From: an uncultured Gemmatimonadaceae bacterium
Lineage (GTDB): Bacteria; Gemmatimonadota; Gemmatimonadetes; Gemmatimonadales; GWC2-71-9
DNA: 47,037 nt
Direction of reading: 5' to 3'
Assembly: GCA_964501735.1 (NCBI GenBank)
Contig: CAZCVG010000004.1
Coordinates: 1 to 47,037 of the forward strand
Position numbers and translations under genes: made by a program. Within the stretch, counting starts at the first letter, position 1. Each line of letters starts with the position of its first letter. Of this stretch, positions 28,415 to 38,987 are shown in pieces. Under the pieces are notes generated by a model, which worked only from the letters and a program-made list of their open reading frames with translations, ran no database searches and was not told the DNA's origin.

Positions 28415-29470
28415 ATGATCCGTCACCGTGCCGCGACCCGCCTGGGAGTTCTCTTCCTGCTCGGCCTGGGGTGTGCTGAAGCCTCCGCCCCGCTGCCGGA
28501 ACCGGTGGAAGTGGTCCTGATCCTCAACCAGGGCGATGCCTCGCTGAATGTCATCCCGGTCGAGTCGCCCACCGCTGTGGACACCATCTCGCTCCTGACC
28601 CTGGCCCAGCCCCCCGCCGGCATGGCGGCCCAGGGCCCGTGGGCCATTGTCCCGCTCGGCTCGGCGGACGCGGTGGCGGTGGTGGACCTGCGGGCCCGGG
28701 CGGTGACCCGGACCATTGATCTCGCCCCAGGCTCGGGCGCCACCGGTGCCACTGTGGTGGACGATTCCGTCGCCTACGTCGGCAATCCCGGCCTGAACAC
28801 CGTCACCCGGATCAACTACCTCACCGGCGACACCGCCAGCGTGGCGGTGGGAGTGACACCGGAGGCGCTGGTCTTCACCCGGGGCCGGGTCTTCGTGGTG
28901 AACGCCAATCTCGCCGGCGGTGACCCCGCCGGGCCGAGCTGGATCTCGGTGGTTGACCCCGTCACCAACCGGCTCGCCACCGGGATTGACTCGATCCTCC
29001 TGCCGGGCCCGGGCGGGGCCGGGGCCGCGGTCATCGCCGGCGACGGCGTCCTGTACGTGCTCAACCGCGGCCCGGCCGACGGCAGCGTGAGCGGCCGGCT
29101 CTCGCTGGTGGACCCGGTGGCCCGGGCGGAAGCGGGGAGCTTCGGCGGATTTGGCGGCGCACCCGCGCGGCTGGCGGCGGACGGCATTGACCGGTTGTAC
29201 ATCAGCAGCCCCACCGAAGGGCTGATGGTCTTCGACCGGCTTGCCCGGCGGCTCATCCGCGGGGCGGGGGACGGAGTCGCCATCCCGACCATGAGCGGCG
29301 TTGCTGTGGACGATGCGGGACGGATCTATGGTCTCGAGGCCGGTCCCTGCGCCGGCCCGGTCGTGGGGCGGGTGCACGTCCTTCGCCGGAACCTGACCAC
29401 CAGCCGGGTGCTGGACGTGGGCACCTGCCCGGTGGATGCGGTGGTGACCGAAGTCCCGCCCGCGCCCTAG
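28415..29470 (+). CDS. lipoprotein with YVTN/YncE-like beta-propeller repeats (351 aa)
   Basis: Lipobox LGLGC (Cys20). About 6-7 repeats of roughly 40-50 aa with the pattern hydrophobic-strand/..V.D......v..I. Confidence 0.7.
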   Translation: MIRHRAATRLGVLFLLGLGCAEASAPLPEPVEVVLILNQGDASLNVIPVESPTAVDTISLLTLAQPPAGMAAQGPWAIVPLGSADAVAVVDLRARAVTRTIDLAPGSGATGATVVDDSVAYVGNPGLNTVTRINYLTGDTASVAVGVTPEALVFTRGRVFVVNANLAGGDPAGPSWISVVDPVTNRLATGIDSILLPGPGGAGAAVIAGDGVLYVLNRGPADGSVSGRLSLVDPVARAEAGSFGGFGGAPARLAADGIDRLYISSPTEGLMVFDRLARRLIRGAGDGVAIPTMSGVAVDDAGRIYGLEAGPCAGPVVGRVHVLRRNLTTSRVLDVGTCPVDAVVTEVPPAP

Positions 29471-29483
29471 GGCCTCAGAGCCC

Positions 29484-30245
29484 ATGCCGCTCATCGCCAC
29501 CCCGGCCATCGTCCTCGCCACCTGGCGCTACGGCGAGACCTCCAAGGTCGTCCGGCTGGCGACTCGCCATCACGGGGTGCAGAGCGTGATCGCCAAGGGC
29601 GCGCTCCGGCCCCGGAGCCGCTTCGGCGCGGCCCTCCAGGTGCTGAGCGGCGGCCAGGCACACTACATCCAGCACGATCACCGCGAGCTGCACACCCTCA
29701 CCGCCTTCGACCTGCAGACGCTGCCCGTCCTCCTCACCCGGGACGTGGGCCGGTACGCTACCGCCACTGTCCTGGCCGAACTCCTGCTCCGGGTGGCGCC
29801 GGCGGAACCACACCCCGAGGCATTCGAGGCGCTGGCCACCTCCCTCCGCCAGCTGGAGCTGGAGCCCTCCGGCTCGCTCGAGGCGGCGGCCCTCCACGCC
29901 GTCTGGGGCCTGGTGGCGGCCCTCGGCTTCGCACCGGGCGTGGCGGCCTGCGTGCGCGACGGGCGCCCGCTGGCGACCGGCGGGTCGCTCCCGTGGAGCC
30001 TGCAGGAAGGGGGAGCGCTCTGCGCCGCCTGCGCCCGCGGCACCGAGACCGTCCTGCTCCCCGCCGACGCGGCCGCCGCGCTGCGCGAGCTGCTCGGGCA
30101 GGGCAGCGCCTTCCCCGAGCTGGATCGCTCCAACGCCGCCGCGCACCGGCGGCTGGTGGCCCGCTACATCCGCCACCACGTCGGTGAAGGAGCCACCCTT
30201 CCCGCGCTCGAGTTCTGGCAGCAGCCCGCCTGGGTGCCGGCATGA
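29484..30245 (+). CDS. recO: DNA repair protein RecO
   Basis: The N-terminal OB fold (AIVLATWRYGETSKVVRL.T...G) and a C-terminal Cys-containing region fit RecO. Confidence 0.9.
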   Translation: MPLIATPAIVLATWRYGETSKVVRLATRHHGVQSVIAKGALRPRSRFGAALQVLSGGQAHYIQHDHRELHTLTAFDLQTLPVLLTRDVGRYATATVLAELLLRVAPAEPHPEAFEALATSLRQLELEPSGSLEAAALHAVWGLVAALGFAPGVAACVRDGRPLATGGSLPWSLQEGGALCAACARGTETVLLPADAAAALRELLGQGSAFPELDRSNAAAHRRLVARYIRHHVGEGATLPALEFWQQPAWVPA

Positions 30246-32098
30246 TCATCGGAACCGCCGGCCACATTGATCACGGCAAGTCGGCCCTGGTGCAGGCCCT
30301 GACCGGCCAGGCCATGGACCCGCTGGAGGAAGAGCGCCGCCGGGGCATCACCCTGGACCTGCACTTCGCGCCGCTGCCGCTCGAGGGCGGCGGTCTGGCC
30401 GGGGTGGTGGATGTGCCGGGGCACGAGGACCTGGTCCGGTCCATGGTTGCCGGAGCGGCGGGACTCGATCTGGTGCTGCTGGTCGTGGCCGCCGACGAGG
30501 GGATCATGCCCCAGACCCGGGAGCATCTCGCCATCGTGGAGCAGCTCCGGCTCGGGGCCGGCATCCCGGTCATCACCAAGGCCGATCTGGTAGAACCGGA
30601 GTGGCTGGCCATGGTCCGGGGCGAGGTCGAGGCCTGGCTCTCGGCCTCGCCCGTCAGCTTCACGCCGCCGGTGGCCGTGTCGGTGCGCACCGGCGCCGGG
30701 CTGGACCAGCTCCGCGCCCTGATCCCGGCCACCCTGTCGGCGCGCCGGCCCCGGGGCACGGACGCCGATCTCCTCCGCCTGCCGGTGGACCGGGTCTTCT
30801 CACTCCCGGGTGCCGGTACCGTGGTCACCGGCACGCTCTGGTCCGGCCGGCTCGCGGTGGGCGACCTTGTGCACATCCTGCCGGGGGCCCACGAGGGCCG
30901 GGTCCGGTCGCTCGAGCGGCACGGACAGGCGCTGGCCGAGGCCACCCCCGGCGACCGAATCGCGGTGGCCCTCGCCGGTATCGAGCGGGAATCGGTGCAG
31001 CGGGGGGCCGTGCTGGTGTCGGCCGGTTCACCCTGGGAGGCCACCGGGGCCGTGGATGTTTACCTGGAACTCCTCCCCTCCGCCCCTCGCCCCCTGGCCA
31101 ACCAGAGCCGGATTCGGGTCCACCTTGGCACCTCGGAAACCATGGCCCGCGTGAAGCTGGCCGAACCGATCCCCCCCGGTGGCCGCGGCTTCGCGCGGCT
31201 CACGCTGGAGGAACCCGCGCTGGCCCGCGGCGGTGACCGGGCGGTCATCCGGAGCTACAGCCCCGTGACCACGATCGGGGGCGCACTCGTGGTGGATCCG
31301 CTCCCGCCCCGCGGCCGGCCCCAGTGGGACGCCGCTCTTGCGGAAGCGGAACCCGTCGCCCGGCTGACCGCCCTGCTGGCCCGGCGCGCCGAGGGAGTGC
31401 CGGTGCCCCTCGTGCCGGTCCTCACCGGGCTGCCACCGGCATCGGTTCGGGCGGCCGGGGCCGGCCGGATGTTCATGGAAATCGGCGGTACGCTCCTGCT
31501 CGAGAGCCGCGTCCGGGATGCGGCGGCCCGGCTCCAGGCCACCCTCGCGGAGTATCACCGCGGCCACCAGGCCGAGCGGGGCATGCCCATCGAGACCCTG
31601 CGGGCGGGCCAGGGCCTGGCGGGGCAGGCGGCCCTGGACCGGCTGCTCCACGCCGGGGTCGTGGTGACCGAAGACGGCATGGTACGGGAGGCGGCCTTCC
31701 GGCCGAGGGCTGCTGGTGGCGACGCCATGGTCGAGCGGATCGTCCAGCGGGTCGAGGCGGGGGCGCTCACGCCACCCTCGGTGGCCGAGCTGGAAGCGGA
31801 GCTGCGGGCCCCCGGGACCGCGGATGCTCTCCGGCTGGCGGCCCGGAACGGGAGGCTGGTGGCCGTGGAGCGCGACCGCTACTACGGGCAGCCGGCCCTG
31901 GCCACGTTCACCCGGACCCTCGCCGACCTGGCCGCGCGCGGCCCCATCACCCCGCCGGCGGTGCGCGATGCCCTGGGGATCTCGCGGAAGTACCTCATCC
32001 CGCTGCTCGAGTGGGCCGACCGCTCGGGGCTCACCATCCGCGACGGCGACGTCCGGCGCGGTGGCCCCCGGCTGCCGGGCCCCTCGACCGGGGGATGA
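30242..32098 (+). CDS. selB: selenocysteine-specific translation elongation factor
   Basis: ATGA overlap with recO. G motifs GHIDHGKS, DVPGHE and TKAD. 618 aa with a C-terminal winged-helix region (ISRKYLIPLLEWADRSGLTIRDGDVRR). Confidence 0.9.
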   Translation: MIIGTAGHIDHGKSALVQALTGQAMDPLEEERRRGITLDLHFAPLPLEGGGLAGVVDVPGHEDLVRSMVAGAAGLDLVLLVVAADEGIMPQTREHLAIVEQLRLGAGIPVITKADLVEPEWLAMVRGEVEAWLSASPVSFTPPVAVSVRTGAGLDQLRALIPATLSARRPRGTDADLLRLPVDRVFSLPGAGTVVTGTLWSGRLAVGDLVHILPGAHEGRVRSLERHGQALAEATPGDRIAVALAGIERESVQRGAVLVSAGSPWEATGAVDVYLELLPSAPRPLANQSRIRVHLGTSETMARVKLAEPIPPGGRGFARLTLEEPALARGGDRAVIRSYSPVTTIGGALVVDPLPPRGRPQWDAALAEAEPVARLTALLARRAEGVPVPLVPVLTGLPPASVRAAGAGRMFMEIGGTLLLESRVRDAAARLQATLAEYHRGHQAERGMPIETLRAGQGLAGQAALDRLLHAGVVVTEDGMVREAAFRPRAAGGDAMVERIVQRVEAGALTPPSVAELEAELRAPGTADALRLAARNGRLVAVERDRYYGQPALATFTRTLADLAARGPITPPAVRDALGISRKYLIPLLEWADRSGLTIRDGDVRRGGPRLPGPSTGG

Positions 32099-32211
32099 CC
32101 GCCGGGGCGCCCGGGGGCGGGCTTTCTTGCGTTCATCCCGCGGCCCGGTGATCTTGCCTCTCAACTTCACGAGGCAGGTCGGCAGGCACCATCCAGGTAG
32201 GAGGACATTCC

Positions 32212-32628
32212 ATGACCGGGAGCTACTGGCCCGGGATCGTCCTCGCGCTGCTCGCCGGCCTCGGTACCGCTGCCTCCGCGCAGGAACGGCCCCCGCCGGC
32301 AGTCGAGCTCCGGGAGAACTATCCCAACCCGTTCTTCCCCGCGACAACGATCCCGTTCGTTCTCAACCCCGAACTGTGCGACGGAGGCCAGCAGCCACTC
32401 GTCAGTCTGAAGATCTACAACGTGCTGGTGCAGGTCGTAGCCGTCCCGATCCTTCTCAACTCCAACGGTGAGCGAGTGGACGGGCTCCGGCTCCGCTGCG
32501 GCGCCCACGAGGCCTACTGGGACGGCCGAATCATGAACGGAACCCGGGAACTGACTCCCGGGATCTACTACGCCCAACTCACGGTTGAGGGGGTCCGCTA
32601 TACCCTGAAGATGATCGCTCGACGCTGA
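32212..32628 (+). CDS. small secreted protein consisting essentially of one FlgD-Ig / T9SS-CTD-like domain (138 aa)
   Basis: Strong SD AGGAGGA 7 nt upstream. Signal peptide ..[22 protein letters not shown] ... LKIYN ... AYWDG....[12 protein letters not shown] matches the FlgD-Ig/Por_Secre_tail pattern. Confidence 0.75.
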   Translation: MTGSYWPGIVLALLAGLGTAASAQERPPPAVELRENYPNPFFPATTIPFVLNPELCDGGQQPLVSLKIYNVLVQVVAVPILLNSNGERVDGLRLRCGAHEAYWDGRIMNGTRELTPGIYYAQLTVEGVRYTLKMIARR

Positions 32629-32635
32629 GGCACGG

Positions 32636-32655
32636 GGCTCCCGGTCGCGGGAGCC
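32636..32655 (+). terminator. stem-loop after the small secreted protein gene (possible terminator, no T-tract)
   Basis: Perfect 8-bp stem GGCTCCCG / CGGGAGCC with a GTCG loop, 8 nt after the stop. Confidence 0.4.
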
Positions 32656-32746
32656 ACCGGCCGATGCGCCTGCCAGACCGGCAGATTTCTCCGGCCCGCC
32701 CTTTGCCTCCCTGGACGCCAGAGCCACATTTAGAGGCGAGGACCCG

Positions 32747-35834
<3,088 letters not shown>

Positions 35835-35871
35835 GTCCCGAAAGGACGAAACGCCCGATCCCTTTTGGGAC
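35835..35871 (+). terminator. stem-loop immediately after tadA
   Basis: 11-bp stem GTCCCGAAAGG / CCTTTTGGGAC (one G-U pair) with a 15-nt loop. No clear T-tract follows. Confidence 0.35.
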
Positions 35872-36010
35872 CGAGCGCCTTACCACGGCCTGGCATCACC
35901 CGGTTGCCGCCTCCGGGGCCCCGAAGGGCTATGACTCAACTGGCGAGGAGTATACCCGGGCACCCCGCCGTTCCGCAACCCCCCCCCCAGGGAGCCCGGG
36001 GGGGCCGGGT

Positions 36011-36577
36011 TCAGTCCTCCTCGCCGGCCTCGGGGCCAGCCCCCTCCCGCGCCGCCTGCGAGCTCCTGAGCTGGTCGGCGGATCCGACATAGGCGCTGGC
36101 GGCCCCGTGGCGGTACACCAGCTCGCCGCCGCTATGGCCCACTGCCACCCCAGCCACCACCAGCCCGACCGCCCCCGCAGTGGCGACAATCCGGGCCGCC
36201 TGGCCCACACCGCCCCCGATTAGACCCGCCCCCATCACCACCAGGAGCACCCCCGAGAGGGCAAGGAACCGCTCGGCGGACTCTTCATGGGCGTGCAGCG
36301 CCGCCTCAGGGACCACTTCTTCCACCCTCTCTTCCTGGCCTTCACCGGTCTTGAGTGCGGCCCACGCCGAGACCAGCAGCAGGGCGGAGATGGCCACCGG
36401 GATGGCCCAGGCGCGGGCCGGGCGAGCTCCACGCCGGATGACCCACAGGGCAGCGAAAACCACCAGCGGCAGGAGAACTACCAGGACGATCGGGAAATGC
36501 ACGACGGCGGGATGCAGCGGATCGGGCAGCACAGCTTGCTCCAGGGTTGAGTGTGCCGACACGATGGGCAAGGCCAT
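36011..36577 (-). CDS. membrane protein, DUF2231-like (tentative family call)
   Basis: N-terminal HPAVVHFPIVLVVLLPL and 4 predicted TM segments. ATG at 36577; the track start at 36589 is TTG. Confidence 0.65.
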   Translation of the reverse strand: MALPIVSAHSTLEQAVLPDPLHPAVVHFPIVLVVLLPLVVFAALWVIRRGARPARAWAIPVAISALLLVSAWAALKTGEGQEERVEEVVPEAALHAHEESAERFLALSGVLLVVMGAGLIGGGVGQAARIVATAGAVGLVVAGVAVGHSGGELVYRHGAASAYVGSADQLRSSQAAREGAGPEAGEED

Positions 36578-36658
36578 CCCGTCCCACAATCGGGCAGATG
36601 CCGGAGCGGGCCATTTCGGGTATCATTGCCCTCATGCACGTCGGATGCCGGAGGCGGG

Positions 36659-37222
36659 ATGAGTGAAACGCCGGAGCGAGGCATGCGCCTCCTCCTGCTG
36701 GCGATTGTCCTCCTGATGATCGTCGGCGGTTCGATTGACATCGCGCTCGACGCGCCGGCCAGCTGGTGGTCCCTCCACGTCATCTATGAGCTTTTCCTCA
36801 TCGCGGCCGGGCTGGTCGGGGCGGTCTGGCTCTGGCTGGGCTGGATCCGGGCGGAGCGGGCCAACCGGAATCTCCGGCAGTCGCTCGAGGCCCGGGGGGC
36901 GGAGCGGGACGCCTGGCGGGCACGGGCTCAGCGGGCGCTGGACGGCCTGGGGCAGGAGGTGAGCCGGCAGTTCGAGCTGTGGGGCCTCACCGCAGCCGAG
37001 CGGGAGGTGGCGCTGCTCCTGCTCAAGGGCCGGAGCCACAAGGAGATTGCCGCGGACACCGGACGGAGCGAGCGCACGGTGCGCCAGCACGCGGTCTCGG
37101 TGTATGGCAAGGCCGGCCTGGGCGGCCGGGCGGAGCTGGCGGCCTTCTTCCTGGAGGACATCGTCCTTCCTGCCCCGGCCCAACGCGATGCCGTGACCCC
37201 CACGCCGGCCGCCGGCCGCTAG
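36659..37222 (+). CDS. membrane-tethered LuxR/GerE-family transcriptional regulator (187 aa)
   Basis: GGAGG 5 nt upstream. Two N-terminal TM helices, a coiled linker and a C-terminal HTH LTAAEREVALLLLKGRSHKEIAADTGRSERTVRQHAVSVYGK. Confidence 0.8.
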   Translation: MSETPERGMRLLLLAIVLLMIVGGSIDIALDAPASWWSLHVIYELFLIAAGLVGAVWLWLGWIRAERANRNLRQSLEARGAERDAWRARAQRALDGLGQEVSRQFELWGLTAAEREVALLLLKGRSHKEIAADTGRSERTVRQHAVSVYGKAGLGGRAELAAFFLEDIVLPAPAQRDAVTPTPAAGR

Positions 37223-38070
37223 GGCGCCATGCTGTATTCCGCCGCCACGATCCGGCCCCGCCAGTAGGTGTACCGCCCTTCGGGGAGTTCCCAGGCGATC
37301 TCGCCCCGCCGCGGTACCATCATCCCGGCCACCCGCTCGTAGTCCCCGAAGGTCCCGATCCACGGAGTCAGGATCTGCCGCCCCTCCACCGAGCGGTACC
37401 GCTCCGCCGACATCCCGGTGATTTCACCATCCGGCCCGAAGTGAAAGTCCACCGAGGCGGTGACACCGTGGTCGGTGAGGGTGGCTCGCGCGGTCGAGTC
37501 GTTCACCGGCGCCCAGGTCAGGGCCGGTCCCGGGCGCAGCATGGTCGGCACCCATGGGGCCTCGGCGAGCAGGCGCTGGAGCGAAGCGGAACTGACTTCG
37601 GCAGACCCCGTTTCGTGGGCGAGGGTCAGCAAACCCTCCAGCGCCGCGTGCATCGTGCCCGTGCCGGCGACGTAGCTGTCCCGCACTCGCACTCCCACCA
37701 GCGGGGCGATCCGGATGTCGGCATCCCAGATCAGGCCGGGAGGATTGGTTGTCACCCGGTCCACGGCGGTGAAGCGGCTCGCCGCGCTCCCCGGACGGAG
37801 GAAGAATTCTCCCTCCTGAATCAGCCGGGCACCCAACACCGGAGCCGTTTCCGGGCCGAGCGCAAAGGAGAGATAGCGGGCCACCGGGGCAGGGAGGTCG
37901 CCTGCTTCTGGCGGACCAGTCCTCCCTGGCGGCCTGGAGATGGACTCCAGCCTGGCCACCAGCCCAGTCGTCTCCTTCCGCCAGCGGCGGTGGGCCAGCC
38001 AGGTGGCAAACGCGAGGGCGGTCAGGACCGCGGCCAGGAGCAGCAGCCCGGCCTGAAGCAGCTTGGGCAT
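37219..38070 (-). CDS. hypothetical N-terminally anchored protein (283 aa), possibly DUF6544-like
   Basis: GGGAGGA 5 nt upstream of the ATG. One N-terminal TM helix. The family call is from memory of the LPAPV.RYL motif and is tentative. Confidence 0.6.
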   Translation of the reverse strand: MPKLLQAGLLLLAAVLTALAFATWLAHRRWRKETTGLVARLESISRPPGRTGPPEAGDLPAPVARYLSFALGPETAPVLGARLIQEGEFFLRPGSAASRFTAVDRVTTNPPGLIWDADIRIAPLVGVRVRDSYVAGTGTMHAALEGLLTLAHETGSAEVSSASLQRLLAEAPWVPTMLRPGPALTWAPVNDSTARATLTDHGVTASVDFHFGPDGEITGMSAERYRSVEGRQILTPWIGTFGDYERVAGMMVPRRGEIAWELPEGRYTYWRGRIVAAEYSMAP

Positions 38071-38316
38071 CGCATCCTCCCGAAAGAGCGCCAGCGGCGC
38101 TCGGCTCCAATTTGGGTCACAGCCCCTGAATCGGTGATGAACGGACCGGGAAGGGAAGCTGGGCGTGGGAGACTCACCCGCATCGGGTCGGCGGGTGGAC
38201 CGTGGGCCGCTTGGCGCTGGGCGCGACGGTGGTTAGCTTTTCGGCCCCGGTCTTCCCGGCCCGCCGATGCGGTCCCGGGCCGGCGTCGGGCATTGCAAGT
38301 CGTTGCGGCACAACAT

Positions 38317-38403
38317 GGACAGGTGTCCGAGTGGCTGAAGGAGCCGGTCTCGAAAACCGGTAAACCCGCAAGGGTTTCGAGGGTTCGAATCCCTCCCTGT
38401 CCG
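38317..38403 (+). tRNA. tRNA-Ser (anticodon CGA)
   Basis: Hand-folded cloverleaf: acceptor GGACAGG/CCTGTCC, anticodon stem CCGGT/ACCGG with loop CTCGAAA, long variable arm AACCC-GCAA-GGGTT, T-arm GAGGG-TTCGAAT-CCCTC, discriminator G. No encoded CCA. Confidence 0.92.
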
Positions 38404-38414
38404 TCGAACCGAGT

Positions 38415-38442
38415 GGGGCCCGAGAGGGCCCCATTTTGTTTT
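38415..38442 (+). terminator. rho-independent terminator after tRNA-Ser(CGA)
   Basis: GGGGCCC-GAGA-GGGCCCC followed by ATTTTGTTTT. Confidence 0.8.
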
Positions 38443-38572
38443 CCCCGGCGGCCGGAACGGCGGCACCGCCTGGCGTTGAGGACTCTGTCTTCCCAGGTGG
38501 CCTTGACGGACATCAGAGGCAGCGGATCTTGAGTGCCACCCACCCCGCATCCCCGCTTCCCGGAGGTTCCGC

Positions 38573-38983
38573 ATGCACTTCGGTTACTGGCTTGCCATCC
38601 TCGGCGCCGCGTTCACGGCCTGGATGATCGGCGCGCTGTGGTATTCGCCGCTCCTGTTCGCCAAGGCCTGGGTCCGGGCCCACGGCTACACCCCGGAGAA
38701 AGTCGCGGCGATGCAGGCCACCGCCGCCCGGGCGTACGCCGGGTCCTTCGTGGCCTTCGTGGTGATCGCCGCCGTCCTGAGCCTCTTCCTGCACCATCTC
38801 GGTGCCAGCACGATGGCGAGTGGGGCAGGGTGGGGGTTCCACGCCTGGCTGGGCTTTGCGCTTCCGATCGGCTTCACCGCCAACCTCTACTCCGACAAGC
38901 CCATCACCACGTTCCTGATTGATGCGGGCTACCAGCTGGTGTACCTGACCGTGATGGGCGGGATCCTCGGCAGGTGGGGGTGA
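38573..38983 (+). CDS. small membrane protein, DUF1761-like (tentative)
   Basis: GGAGG 6 nt upstream. 136 aa with 4 hydrophobic segments and an N-terminal ..WMIGALWYSPLLFAKAW. Confidence 0.65.
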   Translation: MHFGYWLAILGAAFTAWMIGALWYSPLLFAKAWVRAHGYTPEKVAAMQATAARAYAGSFVAFVVIAAVLSLFLHHLGASTMASGAGWGFHAWLGFALPIGFTANLYSDKPITTFLIDAGYQLVYLTVMGGILGRWG

Positions 38984-38987
38984 GGCG

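Noticed and set aside
32629-32746. Possible heat-shock operator (CIRCE/HAIR) or sigma32 promoter upstream of clpB.
   Set aside because: No CIRCE-type inverted repeat (TTAGCACTC-N9-GAGTGCTAA) is present. TTGCCT-18-CATTTA is only a weak promoter match, so I did not list it as a feature.
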